64,000 nucleotides of DNA from an uncultured Clostridia bacterium (GTDB lineage Bacteria > Bacillota > Clostridia > Christensenellales > UBA1242), in NCBI GenBank assembly GCA_944341445.1, contig CALVLZ010000003.1:4963-68962 (forward strand), written 5' to 3'. The position numbers and the translations under genes were made by a program. Positions 26,759 to 39,460 of this stretch are shown here, piece after piece (within the stretch, counting starts at the first letter, position 1; each line of letters opens with the position of its first letter). The notes below the pieces were generated by a model that saw only the letters and a list, made by a program, of their open reading frames with translations, was not told the origin of the DNA and searched no databases.

Positions 26759-27200
26759 CACTTTAAACAAATTAATATTATTCACAAAACAGATACATAA
26801 AAACTTTATTATAAAAAACCACTCCTACTTTTAAATTAATTTTTTAAGTTATTAAAAATATTAAGCTCCATATGTTATGAATTTAAAATTAAAAAAAATG
26901 TTTATTTTAACAACTAATTAAAATAACTTTTATTTTAAACTTAATTTTTAAACCCCAATAGATTTGCGCTCTATTTCACACAGAATGCCCACGTTTTCTT
27001 AAATTGCATAAAACCCCACGCTTTCCTTCTTATCCATTATTCATTACTTATTATTATATTATATATATATTTATATTATATTATCTATATTAGTTGGCAA
27101 AACTTTAAAAATGTGCTAAAATAAGAACGTATTAATATTGTTAAAGAGTTTATAGCATTTTGCAAAAATTTGTCAAATTGCCCCAAAAATAAGCCTTTAA

Positions 27201-29162
<1,962 letters not shown>

Positions 29163-29182
29163 TTTGAAAAAGGAGAAAACTT

Positions 29183-31858
29183 ATGGAAAACGATGAAAAC
29201 AAAAATTTAGAAAACGAAAACAAAAACGTTAATAAATCAACAAGTTCATTTCGTGATTTAACAGTTGGTGGCATGTCTGATGTAATAAGTTCTGAAGATA
29301 AAATTATTGATGTTGCAGTTAAAGATGAACTTGAAAAAAGTTTCATTGCGTACGCAATGGCAGTTAACGTTAGCCGTGCAATACCAGATGTTAGAGATGG
29401 TTTAAAACCTGTTCATAGAAGAATATTATACACAATGGCAGATAATGGTTTGTTCGCAGACAAACCTTATCGTAAATGTGCAAAAACCGTCGGTGATGTT
29501 TTAGGTAGATTCCATCCACACGGAGACAGCTCCGTTTATGATGCATTAGTTAGACTTGCACAAGATTTTACAATTAATCAACCATTAATTGATGGCCACG
29601 GAAACTTTGGTTCAGTTGACGGCGACCCACCTGCAGCTATGCGTTACACTGAAGCAAGACTTTCAAAAGTTGCAAGCGAAATGTTACGTGATTTAGATAA
29701 AGAAACTGTTGATTTCTACCCTAACTTTGATGAAACAGAAAATCAACCCGTTGTTTTACCTTCTAGATTCCCTAACATTTTAGTTAATGGTTCAGATGGT
29801 ATTGCCGTTGGTATGGCAACAAATATTCCACCACATAACTTAAGTGAAGCTTGCGATGCAGCAATTGCAGTTATGGATAATCCAGATATCGAAATTGAAG
29901 ATTTAATGCAAATAATTCCTGCCCCAGACTTCCCAACAAAGGGCTTAATTTTAGGAAGAGGCGGAATTAAATCTGCATATAAAACAGGCAAAGGCTCATT
30001 TATTATTCGTTCAAGATGTGAAATTGAAGAATATAACAATGGAACAAGACAAAGAATTGTTGTAACAGAAATACCTTATCAAGTTAATAAATCAAAACTA
30101 ATTATGCAAATTGCAGATTTGGTTAAAGATAAAAGAATTGAAGGTATTAGTGATATTAAAGAAGAAAGCGATAGAAGTGGTATGCGTATTGTTATTGAAG
30201 TAAAACGCGACCACAATGCACAAGTTGTTTTAAATCAATTATACAAACACTCTCAACTTCAAATTAGCTACGGCGTTATAATGCTTGCCCTTGTTAAAGG
30301 TCAACCAAAAATATTAAATTTAAAAGAAGTTTTAACTAATTATATAGATTTCCAAAAAGAAGTTATTGTTAGAAGAACAAAATATGACCTTGATAAAAAT
30401 GAACAAAAAGCACACATTTTGGAAGGTTTAGTTAAAGCTCAAGCAAATATTGATGAAGTAATTAAAATAATTAAAGAAAGTGCTGATAAAAATGTTGCAA
30501 TAACAAAACTTATGGCTAACTTTGATTTAACTGAAAAACAAACAATTGCAATTCTTGAAATGAGATTACAACGTTTAACAGGTTTGGAAGTTGAAAAATT
30601 AAAAGCAGAGTTAGATGAAGTTTTAAATTTAATTGCAGAATTAAAAAGCATTCTTGCAAGCGAAGAAAAAGTTAAGGATATTATTCGTGGCGACTTAATT
30701 AATATTAAAACAAAATATGGCGAACCAAGAAAATCTGAAATTTCAATCGATTTTGGAAATATAGATGATGAAGATTTAATTCCTCGTGAACAAGTTGTTA
30801 TTTCTTTAACACACGAAGGTTATATTAAAAGAATGCCTATTGATGAATACAAAAGTCAACATCGTGGTGGCGTTGGCGTTATTGCCCACAAAACAAAAGA
30901 AGAAGATTTTGTTGAACAAATATTTGTTTCTAACACTCATGATAGTTTATTATGCTTTAGCACTGCCGGAAGAGTTTACAGAATTAAAGGCTATGAAGTG
31001 CCAGAAGCATTAAAACAAGGTAAAGGAAGAGCTATTATTAACTTACTTCAATTAGACCAAGGCGAAAGAATAACAACAATTATTCCAATTAAAAAAGACA
31101 CAACCGGAAACTTAATAATGGCAACTAAAAAAGGCTTAATTAAGAAAACTGCTTTAAGTGAATTTGACAACATTAGAAAAGTTGGAAAAATTGCAATTAA
31201 GTTAACTGAAAACGATTCATTAATTAGCGTGTTTGTTTCTTCTGGAAAAGATGATATTATAATGGCTTCTAACGAAGGAAAATGCATAAGATTTAACGAA
31301 AAAGATGTTAGATTAATGGGAAGAGACACACAAGGTGTTAAGAGTATTAATTTAGCAGATGATGATTATGTTGTTGATATGAGCGTTGTTGACCCAGAAA
31401 AATTAATGTTAACAGTTTCTGAATTTGGTTTTGGAAAACGCACACAAGCTGATGAATACAAAACACAATCTAGAAACGGAAAAGGAACAAAAGCCGGAAT
31501 ATTCAACGAACAAACAGGCAGACTTGTTAACTTAAAACAAGTAACAGATAACGACGACATTATGATTATTGCAGACGACGGAACAATTATTAGAATTAAA
31601 GCAAGCGAAATTAATGTTATTGGAAGAAACACTAAAGGCGTTAAAATTATGAAAATGAAACCAAACAGCAAAATAGTTTGTGTTGCTGTAACACCTAGCG
31701 ATGAAGAAGAACAAGAATTAATTGACAATGCTCCTGAAGATGATTCATATATTGAAAATGCTGAAAACTTAAACAGTGTTGAAGAGTTTAACAATGATAA
31801 CTTTGAGATTAGTTCAGATGAATTAAATAATAATGAAAATTCTGATGACGAAATTTAA
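29183..31858 (+). CDS. gyrA: DNA gyrase subunit A
   Basis: DGLKPVHRRILY, HPHGDSSVYDALVR and AAMRYTEARL (active-site Tyr), plus C-terminal beta-pinwheel repeats and an acidic tail. RBS aaaggag 7 nt upstream. Confidence 0.97.
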   Translation: MENDENKNLENENKNVNKSTSSFRDLTVGGMSDVISSEDKIIDVAVKDELEKSFIAYAMAVNVSRAIPDVRDGLKPVHRRILYTMADNGLFADKPYRKCAKTVGDVLGRFHPHGDSSVYDALVRLAQDFTINQPLIDGHGNFGSVDGDPPAAMRYTEARLSKVASEMLRDLDKETVDFYPNFDETENQPVVLPSRFPNILVNGSDGIAVGMATNIPPHNLSEACDAAIAVMDNPDIEIEDLMQIIPAPDFPTKGLILGRGGIKSAYKTGKGSFIIRSRCEIEEYNNGTRQRIVVTEIPYQVNKSKLIMQIADLVKDKRIEGISDIKEESDRSGMRIVIEVKRDHNAQVVLNQLYKHSQLQISYGVIMLALVKGQPKILNLKEVLTNYIDFQKEVIVRRTKYDLDKNEQKAHILEGLVKAQANIDEVIKIIKESADKNVAITKLMANFDLTEKQTIAILEMRLQRLTGLEVEKLKAELDEVLNLIAELKSILASEEKVKDIIRGDLINIKTKYGEPRKSEISIDFGNIDDEDLIPREQVVISLTHEGYIKRMPIDEYKSQHRGGVGVIAHKTKEEDFVEQIFVSNTHDSLLCFSTAGRVYRIKGYEVPEALKQGKGRAIINLLQLDQGERITTIIPIKKDTTGNLIMATKKGLIKKTALSEFDNIRKVGKIAIKLTENDSLISVFVSSGKDDIIMASNEGKCIRFNEKDVRLMGRDTQGVKSINLADDDYVVDMSVVDPEKLMLTVSEFGFGKRTQADEYKTQSRNGKGTKAGIFNEQTGRLVNLKQVTDNDDIMIIADDGTIIRIKASEINVIGRNTKGVKIMKMKPNSKIVCVAVTPSDEEEQELIDNAPEDDSYIENAENLNSVEEFNNDNFEISSDELNNNENSDDEI

Positions 31859-31880
31859 AGCAATTTAGTTAAAATAAAAA

Positions 31881-31910
31881 AAGAGAAGAAATAAATCTTC
31901 TCTTTTTTTT
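31881..31910. terminator. Bidirectional terminator between gyrA and the convergent small gene
   Basis: Stem aagagaaga/tcttctctt (31881-31889/31896-31904) flanked by an A-run and a T-run. Confidence 0.7.
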
Positions 31911-32199
31911 AGTAGAACTCTTTATTTTCTAATGCAGTTTTAAAAATATTTTTTGCGTTTGCTAGTTCCACATTTTTATAAATATATTTTATATTCTCTT
32001 CTAAATTTTCATTATAACTAAAAAGTAAATCATACTTGTTTTTTAAAACATTACTAATAACAATCACATTAACAGGTTCATCATCAATAATTATATTTTC
32101 ATTAAATTTTATCCAAAAATAATCGTTTAATTTACTTTCATAAATTTTAAAATTCCCCTTCTCTACAAAATTTTTAATAAAATTTTTTAAAGTTACCAT
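31909..32199 (-). CDS. Hypothetical small protein (96 aa from the Met with a strong RBS)
   Basis: The ORF extends to 32223, but the ATG at 32199 is preceded by ggagg (32212-32208) with an 8-nt spacer. Confidence 0.5.
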   Translation of the reverse strand: MVTLKNFIKNFVEKGNFKIYESKLNDYFWIKFNENIIIDDEPVNVIVISNVLKNKYDLLFSYNENLEENIKYIYKNVELANAKNIFKTALENKEFY

Positions 32200-32306
32200 A
32201 CACAAATCCTCCTTGTTGGACAATCACTCGCCCTTCGTGTTTAATTAAGTTTAACACACCAATTTTTGCAATTTCAAAAAAGTGTGCTGTCTTAAAAAAT
32301 AAAATA

Positions 32307-32335
32307 TTGACTGGTTTTGTCGAACTTTGTAATAT
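32307..32335 (+). promoter_or_regulatory. Candidate promoter upstream of mnmE
   Basis: TTGACT (32307-32312), 17 nt, TAATAT (32330-32335) preceded by TG. Lies ~180 nt upstream of the mnmE ATG. Confidence 0.4.
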
Positions 32336-32514
32336 TTTTTAAAATAAAATAAAAAAATAAAAATTTATTAATTATTTTAAATATTTTTAAAGTTTGTTTT
32401 TTATTTTTGCAATATTTTTAATTTATTTGCAAAATAAAATCAAATACTAAAAACTATTGAATTTTAATTATTATTTGTGTAAAATAATAAAAGTTAAATA
32501 AAAGAAGGTAACAT

Positions 32515-33876
32515 ATGGTTAAAAGAAACACAATTGCAGCAATTTCCACACCTATTGGTGCTGGCGGAATTGGTATTGTTAGAGTTAGTGGTGATGATGC
32601 TTTAGATATTGTTAAAAAACACATTGTTTTATTGAACAATAAAAATAATAATGAGATAATTCCTAGAATGGCACATTTAGCAACTTTTAATGCTGAAAAC
32701 TTTAAAGAACAATGTATTGTTATATTTTTTAAAAATCCAAACTCATACACAGGTGAAAACTTAGTTGAAATTCAATGCCATGGCGGAGTTACAATTGCAA
32801 ATGGAATTTTAAAAACACTTTTAAATTCTGGTGCAAGACTTGCAGAGGCTGGCGAATTTACTAAACGAGCTTTTTTAAACGGCAAAATTTCACTAGACAA
32901 AGCAGAAGGCGTTATGGATATGATTAATGCTGAAAGCGAAAGCGAAGTTAAAGCTGGATACAACTTGTTAAATGGCGAGCTTTCTAAAAAAGTTAAAACC
33001 TTGCAAGATAATTTAACAAATTTGCTTGCAGAAATTGAAGTTGCCCTAGACTATCCTGAACATGATATTGAAGAACAAACAAGCGAACACGTTTATAACG
33101 AATTATTAAATATTGAAAAAGAACTAAACAATGTTTTAAAAACAAGCAAAACAGGTTTGCAAATTAAAAACGGAACAAGAATTGCAATTGTTGGAAAACC
33201 AAACGTTGGAAAAAGTTCTTTAATGAATGCACTATTAAATTTTGACCGTGCAATAGTAACAAACATACAAGGAACAACCAGAGATGTTTTGGAAGAAACT
33301 TATGTTTACAACGGTGTTAAATTTGTTTTAATTGATACTGCCGGTGTTCGTGAAAGCACAGATATTATAGAACAAATGGGAATTGAAAAATCTTTAAAAT
33401 CAATAAATAGTGCCGATGTTATTTTATTTGTTGTTGATAGTTCTTCTGAATTAACAAAAGAAGATTTAGACATTTGCAATAAAGTTTCTGACAAAAACAC
33501 AATATTAGTTGTTAACAAAACAGACTTACCTTCAAAAATAGATTTAAGCAAATTGCAATTTAAACATCAAATAAAATTAAGTGCATTAACAAAAGCAAAC
33601 ATTGATGATTTAAAGCAATTAATATATAATTTAGTTATTAATAGTGAAGTTTTGCAAAGCAATTTAATAATAACAAACGAAAGACAAATTGAGGCAATTA
33701 GAAACGCACTAACCGACTTAAATTATGCAAAAGAAGGAATTAAATTAAATAACAGTTTAGATTTAATAAGCATTGATTTAAACAATTTGTGGAACACTCT
33801 TGGAGAAATAACAGGAACCACAAGCAATGAAGAAATTATTAATAAAATTTTCTCTAATTTCTGCGTAGGAAAATAA
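32515..33876 (+). CDS. mnmE: tRNA modification GTPase MnmE
   Basis: G-domain motifs GKPNVGKSSL, DTAG and NKTD, and the conserved C-terminal CVGK. Confidence 0.95.
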   Translation: MVKRNTIAAISTPIGAGGIGIVRVSGDDALDIVKKHIVLLNNKNNNEIIPRMAHLATFNAENFKEQCIVIFFKNPNSYTGENLVEIQCHGGVTIANGILKTLLNSGARLAEAGEFTKRAFLNGKISLDKAEGVMDMINAESESEVKAGYNLLNGELSKKVKTLQDNLTNLLAEIEVALDYPEHDIEEQTSEHVYNELLNIEKELNNVLKTSKTGLQIKNGTRIAIVGKPNVGKSSLMNALLNFDRAIVTNIQGTTRDVLEETYVYNGVKFVLIDTAGVRESTDIIEQMGIEKSLKSINSADVILFVVDSSSELTKEDLDICNKVSDKNTILVVNKTDLPSKIDLSKLQFKHQIKLSALTKANIDDLKQLIYNLVINSEVLQSNLIITNERQIEAIRNALTDLNYAKEGIKLNNSLDLISIDLNNLWNTLGEITGTTSNEEIINKIFSNFCVGK

Positions 33877-33916
33877 ATATTATTAAACAAAAGTTAAAAA
33901 TCTAAATGAGGTACTT

Positions 33917-34477
33917 ATGGATTTATATTTTAAATGGAAAGATTTATCCATTAAAGAATGTGAAGATTTAAACGAATGGACTAACCCTGAAATAATTAAC
34001 AACGTTGAGAGTGATGAAAAAAAGAGAAAAATAATTGAAAATATATATACAATTAAAAAATATGTTGTTCCAAATCAAACTCTTGGTGAATATTTTACCG
34101 AAAAGAAAGAAACTGCATCCTTTTATAAAGTTGATAAATGGTTTGTTAAAGGAGCATATGAAAACAACGAACTTGTTGGAGCAATGGTATTTAATTATTT
34201 CAGCGAATATAGAAGGCCAGATTATAATAAAGTTAATGTTTTGCTTTGTTGTTGCATTGTTGTTAATCCATTAAAACAAAATGAAGGAATTGGATATAGA
34301 ATGATGGTTGATGTTGTTAAGAACTTAAACAAAGTTATTCCTAACATAGACCCAGAAGTTTGTCTTACCTATGTAAACCGCCAAAATTCAAGAAGTAAAA
34401 AAATAATGGAAAAAGTTGGTTTAAAAGTAACCGATGATCATTTTGAGTTATGGACTTATTCAAAAAAATTAAAATAA
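33917..34477 (+). CDS. GNAT-like acetyltransferase domain protein (186 aa)
   Basis: Motif-A-like VVNPLKQNEGIGYRMMVDVV (Q-x-x-G-x-G). Inserted between mnmE and mnmG. Confidence 0.5.
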   Translation: MDLYFKWKDLSIKECEDLNEWTNPEIINNVESDEKKRKIIENIYTIKKYVVPNQTLGEYFTEKKETASFYKVDKWFVKGAYENNELVGAMVFNYFSEYRRPDYNKVNVLLCCCIVVNPLKQNEGIGYRMMVDVVKNLNKVIPNIDPEVCLTYVNRQNSRSKKIMEKVGLKVTDDHFELWTYSKKLK

Positions 34478-34576
34478 TAATATAATTTTACTATAAATTT
34501 TAAAAAATATAGTGAAATTATATTTTTTTATGCTATAATTTATTGTTTTAAAAAAAATGTAACATTGGGTATTATT

Positions 34577-36436
34577 ATGGAATATGATGTAATTGTTATA
34601 GGAAGTGGTCATGCAGGTTGTGAAGCCTGTTTAGCAACCGCAAGAATGGGATTAAAAACATTGCTACTAACTTTAAACTTAGATAGCATTGCTTTTTTAG
34701 CGTGCAATCCTAATATTGGAGGGACTGCAAAAGGTCAACTAGTAAGTGAAATTGATGCACTTGGTGGAGAAATTGGAGTTAATGCAGATAAATGCACTAT
34801 CCAAAGAAAAATGCTAAACAGTTCAAAAGGCCCTGCTGTTCAAAGTTTGCGTGCACAAACAGACAAAGTTATGTATCACACAGAAATGAAAAAGACTTTG
34901 GAAAATTGCAAAAATCTTTTTATTAAACAAGCAGAAGCAAGTGAGATTTTAGTAAAAGATAATTGTGTTTATGGTGTTAAAACCGCACAAGGAGAAACTT
35001 ATATTTCAAAAGCAGTTATTGTTTGCACAGGTGTTTATTTAAAAGCAAGAATTATCACAGGCGAATACATTAACGATTGCGGTCCAAATGGCTTTGCCGC
35101 AGCAAACTATTTAACAAAAAGTTTAATGGATTTAGGTTTCACTGTTAGACGTTTTAAAACAGGAACACCTGTTAGAGTTCACGGCAAAACAATTGATTAT
35201 TCAGTTTTAGAAGAACAATTGGGCGAAGATAACATTCAAAATTTTTCTTTCATAACAAAAAAATCACCAAAAAACAAAATTAAGTGTTACTTAACTTACA
35301 CCAATGAAGAAACACATAAAATAATATTAGATAATCTAGACAGAGCGCCAATGTATTCTGGAGTTATAACAGGTTTAGGCCCAAGATACTGCCCTTCCAT
35401 TGAAACAAAGGTTGTTAGATTTAAAGATAAAGAAAGGCATCAATTATTTTTAGAGCCAGAAGCCTTAACAACAAACGAAGTTTACATTCAAGGTTTTTCA
35501 ACAAGTATGCCTGTTGAAATTCAAGAAAAAATGGTGCACTCTTTAAAAGGTTTAGAGCACGCACACATTATGAGAGATGCGTATGCAATTGAATATGATT
35601 GCATCGATAGCACAGAACTATACCCAACATTAGAAAGCAAAAACATAAGTGGTTTATATTTCGCCGGACAAGTTAACGGAACAAGTGGCTATGAAGAAGC
35701 TGCCGCACAAGGAATTATGGCTGGAATTAACTCCGCTTTAAAAATAAAAGGAAAAGAGCCTGTTGTTTTAAAAAGAAACGAAGCATATATTGGCGTTCTA
35801 ATTGATGATTTAACAACAAAAGGCACAAACGAACCATATCGTATGATGACAAGTCGTGCTGAATACAGATTAATTTTAAGGCAAGATAACGCAGATTTAA
35901 GATTAACTGAATTGGGTTATAAAATTGGCCTTGCAACAAAACAAAGATATAACATTTTCTTAAAAAGAAAAAATAACATAAACGAACTATTAACAAAAAT
36001 GGAAAAAATTTTATCCCCTGCAAATAAAAGTTTGCAAATGCTTTTTGAAGAAGCAAACGAAACTTTGCCAAAAAGCGGAATAAAAGCCAAAGATGTTTTA
36101 AAAAGGTCAAACATTAACTTTGAAATGTTTGAAAAATATTTTAACGAGTTTTCAGATTATCCAACAGACGTTAAAAAACAAGTTGAAATTGAGTGTAAAT
36201 ATGAAGGTTACTTAACTCGTCAAGATGTTGCAATCGACCAAGCAAAACGTCAAGAAAGCATTGTTATACCATCAGAAATTGATTACAACAAAATTAAAGG
36301 TTTAAGAATTGAAGCACAACAAAAACTTAGTGATATAAGGCCTTTTAACATTGGTCAAGCAAGCAGAATTTCTGGTGTATCTCCTGCAGATATTGCAGTT
36401 TTAACAGTTTATATTAAAACAATGAATAAAAAGTAA
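34577..36436 (+). CDS. mnmG: tRNA uridine 5-carboxymethylaminomethyl modification enzyme MnmG
   Basis: MEYDVIVIGSGHAGCEA (FAD-binding), GPRYCPSIE, FAGQVNGTSGYEEAAAQG. The ATG at 34577 is preferred over the TTG at 34565. Confidence 0.96.
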   Translation: MEYDVIVIGSGHAGCEACLATARMGLKTLLLTLNLDSIAFLACNPNIGGTAKGQLVSEIDALGGEIGVNADKCTIQRKMLNSSKGPAVQSLRAQTDKVMYHTEMKKTLENCKNLFIKQAEASEILVKDNCVYGVKTAQGETYISKAVIVCTGVYLKARIITGEYINDCGPNGFAAANYLTKSLMDLGFTVRRFKTGTPVRVHGKTIDYSVLEEQLGEDNIQNFSFITKKSPKNKIKCYLTYTNEETHKIILDNLDRAPMYSGVITGLGPRYCPSIETKVVRFKDKERHQLFLEPEALTTNEVYIQGFSTSMPVEIQEKMVHSLKGLEHAHIMRDAYAIEYDCIDSTELYPTLESKNISGLYFAGQVNGTSGYEEAAAQGIMAGINSALKIKGKEPVVLKRNEAYIGVLIDDLTTKGTNEPYRMMTSRAEYRLILRQDNADLRLTELGYKIGLATKQRYNIFLKRKNNINELLTKMEKILSPANKSLQMLFEEANETLPKSGIKAKDVLKRSNINFEMFEKYFNEFSDYPTDVKKQVEIECKYEGYLTRQDVAIDQAKRQESIVIPSEIDYNKIKGLRIEAQQKLSDIRPFNIGQASRISGVSPADIAVLTVYIKTMNKK

Positions 36437-36469
36437 TTTGGCTTGAATTTTAATTTAATAAAAACAAAA

Positions 36470-36506
36470 AAGAATTCTAATCACACAGATTAAAATTCTT
36501 TTTTTA
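36470..36506. terminator. Terminator between the convergent mnmG and flavin reductase genes
   Basis: 13-bp stem with one mismatch (36470-36482/36488-36500), loop acaca, then T6. Confidence 0.6.
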
Positions 36507-36531
36507 TTTTTAAGCACATATATAAATTTTA

Positions 36532-38586
36532 TTAAATTTTTTCTGCTACTTCCCAAGCTCTCCAAATAACAGTTCTTAGGTTTCCAACTTCTAACGCATC
36601 ACCAACAATATGAACATGTTTAGATTTTTTTGCTATTGGGTTAGAATTATAACCAATTGCAGTAATCACAGAATCTGCTTTTATTTCTGTTGTTTTACCG
36701 TTTTTATCAGAAATAACAACTCCCTTATCAGTTATTTCCTTAACGAAACTTTCTAAATAAACAGGAACATTGTTTGTTTTGAAGAAATCTCTTAAATATG
36801 AAGAATTTGCTAAACACAAACCTCTAACAGCCATTAAGTCATTTTTTGCTTCAACAATATATGGGTTTTTGCCTTGGTTGTATAATTCATACGCAATTTC
36901 GCAACCAGATAATCCGCCACCAATAATCACAACATTTTTGCCAACTTGTTTTTCACCATTTAAAAAGTCAATTGCTTCAATTGCTTTATCAATTCCTGGA
37001 ATATTTATCTTTTTAGCAACTGAACCTGTTGCAATAACAACTTCATCTGCATCTAGTTTAGAAATATCTGTTATTTCAGTGTTAAACTTAATTTCAATGT
37101 TAAGTTTTTTCATTTGACGTTTAAACCACTCTATTAATTCACGGTCTTTTTCTTTAAAAGATAGTGCTGCAGCTGAAACAAACACGCCACCTAATTTATC
37201 AGTTTTTTCATAAATTGTTACTTTATGGCCTCTTAATGTTGCAACTCTAGCAGTTTCCATACCACCAATTCCGCCACCAATAATTGCAATTTTCTTTTGT
37301 TTTTTAGCAGGCTTAATATCAAACTTTCCACCATCCATTGTTGTTGGATTTAAAGCACATCTAGACATATGCTTTGAATCTTGCATTGGTTGGTCGTTTG
37401 AAACACCTTTGTAATGAGCCATTGTTAAACAAGCATTATGGCAACAAATACATGGCAAAATATCTTCTATTCTATCTTCCATTAATTTTGTTACCCACTC
37501 ACCATCTGCCAAAAATTGTCTTGCAACACCCATTGCATCAATTTCGTTATTTTTAATTGCTTTTGCAGCAACTTCTGGTTCCATTCTTCCAGCGCACACA
37601 ACAGGAATATCAACATATTTTTTAATGTGTGAAACATCGCTTAGGTTACAGTTCATAGGCATATAAACAGGAGGATGTGCCCAATACCAAGCATCATATG
37701 TTCCGTTATCTGCATTTAGCATATCGTAACCTGCATCTTGCAAATATTTAGCAGCTTTTTCGCTTTCTTCCATATCTCTGCCAACTTCAACATATTTTTC
37801 GTTTGGCATTGCACCTTCACAAAAACCTTTTGTTTTGCTAACAACTGAATATCTTAAAGAAACAGGATAATCTTTTCCGCAAACTTCTTTTATTGCTTTA
37901 ACAATATCAACAGCAAAACGATATCTGTTTTCAAAGCTTCCACCATATTCATCTGTTCTGTTGTTAGTGTATGGAAGAGTGAATTGGTCTATTAAATAGC
38001 CTTCATGAACTGCATGAATTTCAACACCATCAACGCCTGCATCTTTGCAAAGTTTTGCAGTTTTTGCAAAAGCTTCAACCATCTTTTTAATTTCTTTAAC
38101 TTTTATTTCTCTGCAAGTGTAACCTGCTAACCAACGAGATGGTAATTTGCTAGGAGAAGCACACAAATAAGGAAGGTTAATAACAGGTTTTAAAATGTTT
38201 GTTAACACTTTACTTTTTAAAATTGGAGCAAGGCTATTCGGGATTGAAAAAGAACGACCAAAACCTGCAGTTAATTGAACAAACAACTTTGCACCTGTTT
38301 TATGAATTTCATCCGTAAAAGGTTTTAATTTTTTAAAAGTTCTTTTGCTTTTATAAAGCCATTGACCACCAATCAAATTTTTTAATGGTGCAATACCAGG
38401 TATTAACAAACCAACATTGTTTTTTGCTAAGTTCATAATAAAATCTGTTGCATCTTTATCAAGATGATGTGGTTCCATCCAACCAAACAATGAAGTTCCG
38501 CCCATTGGACAAAGCACTATTCTGTTTTTAATTTCAACATTGCCAATTTTCCAAGGCGTAAAAAGAGATTCATATTTTTTATCCAT
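36532..38586 (-). CDS. NADH:flavin oxidoreductase of the OYE / 2,4-dienoyl-CoA (enoate) reductase family (684 aa)
   Basis: N-terminal TIM-barrel motifs (CPMGG, HAVHEGYLIDQF), Cys cluster CICCHNAC, and two dinucleotide-binding motifs (IIGGGIGG, IIGGGLSG). Confidence 0.85.
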   Translation of the reverse strand: MDKKYESLFTPWKIGNVEIKNRIVLCPMGGTSLFGWMEPHHLDKDATDFIMNLAKNNVGLLIPGIAPLKNLIGGQWLYKSKRTFKKLKPFTDEIHKTGAKLFVQLTAGFGRSFSIPNSLAPILKSKVLTNILKPVINLPYLCASPSKLPSRWLAGYTCREIKVKEIKKMVEAFAKTAKLCKDAGVDGVEIHAVHEGYLIDQFTLPYTNNRTDEYGGSFENRYRFAVDIVKAIKEVCGKDYPVSLRYSVVSKTKGFCEGAMPNEKYVEVGRDMEESEKAAKYLQDAGYDMLNADNGTYDAWYWAHPPVYMPMNCNLSDVSHIKKYVDIPVVCAGRMEPEVAAKAIKNNEIDAMGVARQFLADGEWVTKLMEDRIEDILPCICCHNACLTMAHYKGVSNDQPMQDSKHMSRCALNPTTMDGGKFDIKPAKKQKKIAIIGGGIGGMETARVATLRGHKVTIYEKTDKLGGVFVSAAALSFKEKDRELIEWFKRQMKKLNIEIKFNTEITDISKLDADEVVIATGSVAKKINIPGIDKAIEAIDFLNGEKQVGKNVVIIGGGLSGCEIAYELYNQGKNPYIVEAKNDLMAVRGLCLANSSYLRDFFKTNNVPVYLESFVKEITDKGVVISDKNGKTTEIKADSVITAIGYNSNPIAKKSKHVHIVGDALEVGNLRTVIWRAWEVAEKI

Positions 38587-38616
38587 TTATTTTCTCCTTA
38601 TACTTTAATTAATTAA

Positions 38617-38644
38617 AGTATAAAACAAATACACAAAATATCAA
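38617..38644 (-). promoter_or_regulatory. Candidate promoter of the flavin reductase gene, overlapping a 20-bp palindrome
   Basis: Minus strand reads TTGATA (38644-38639), 16 nt, TATACT (38622-38617). The perfect palindrome tactttaattaattaaagta (38601-38620) overlaps the -10 and transcription start. Confidence 0.35.
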
Positions 38645-38780
38645 AATGATAATTAAAACTTTTAGTTTTATATTTTCAAACTTTAATTTGAACTTATAAT
38701 TTGAACAATTAATTAATTAAAAATTAAAATATAAAAAACAAGCATCTTAAAAAATAAAAAACGAAAAATCAATTCGTTTT

Positions 38781-39335
38781 TTAATTCAAAAATTTAATCA
38801 TAATAACATTGTCATAATACTTGCCATCATCTAATTTCATTGAATGTTTTATTCTTCCATATTCTTTAAACCCAAATGATGAATATAATTTTCTTGCGCT
38901 TTTATTTTTGTTAACAACTTCCAACTCAATCTGTTCAAAGCCACTTGATTTTGCAAAATCAATTAATTCCAACATTATTTTTCCAGCAATACCTTTGCCC
39001 CAATGTTCTTTTAAAACCGCAATTCCTAACACACATCTGTGCAACATTTTTGATTTTAAAGACCTATTAGTAATAACTCCATCTGCAACAATTTTGTTAT
39101 TTATTTTTCCAACAATAAAAATATTGTTTTCATTTTTACTAATTGAACTTAAATATTTTTCTTGTGATTCCTTTGTTGCTTTTTCATCTTTTTCACTTCT
39201 AGAAATAAACTTAGTTTCTTTTGTTACTTCATTTAAGTAATTTGCTAACGCACTTGAGTCTTCAATATTCGGAATTTCAACAACTAAAGTTTCACCGTTT
39301 TTTAAAACTATTTCCTTTTTCTTAAACATTTCCAC
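38781..39335 (-). CDS. GNAT family N-acetyltransferase (184 aa)
   Basis: VLKEHWGKGIAGKIMLELIDFAK (motif A) and ARKLYSSFGFKEYG (motif B). Confidence 0.82.
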   Translation of the reverse strand: MEMFKKKEIVLKNGETLVVEIPNIEDSSALANYLNEVTKETKFISRSEKDEKATKESQEKYLSSISKNENNIFIVGKINNKIVADGVITNRSLKSKMLHRCVLGIAVLKEHWGKGIAGKIMLELIDFAKSSGFEQIELEVVNKNKSARKLYSSFGFKEYGRIKHSMKLDDGKYYDNVIMIKFLN

Positions 39336-39347
39336 TCCTTAAAAAAA

Positions 39348-39422
39348 TGGTGTTCCCGACGAGAATCGAACTCATATCGGTCGCTTAGGAGGCGACTGTT
39401 CTATCCGTTGAACTACGAGAAC
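39348..39422 (-). tRNA. tRNA-Arg (anticodon CCT), CCA encoded
   Basis: The minus strand folds as a 75-nt cloverleaf: acceptor GTTCTCG/CGGGAAC, D arm GTTC-AACGGATA-GAAC, anticodon arm GTCGC-CTCCTAA-GCGAC, T arm ATGAG-TTCGATT-CTCGT, then ACCA. Confidence 0.85.
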
Positions 39423-39460
39423 AAATGTTATTAATTATAAACTAAAATATGATTGTTTAA

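Noticed and set aside
34035-34274. 79-aa ORF nested in another frame inside the GNAT-like gene 33917-34477.
   Set aside because: It is fully contained in the longer ORF, which has the acetyltransferase motif A, and there is no independent RBS.
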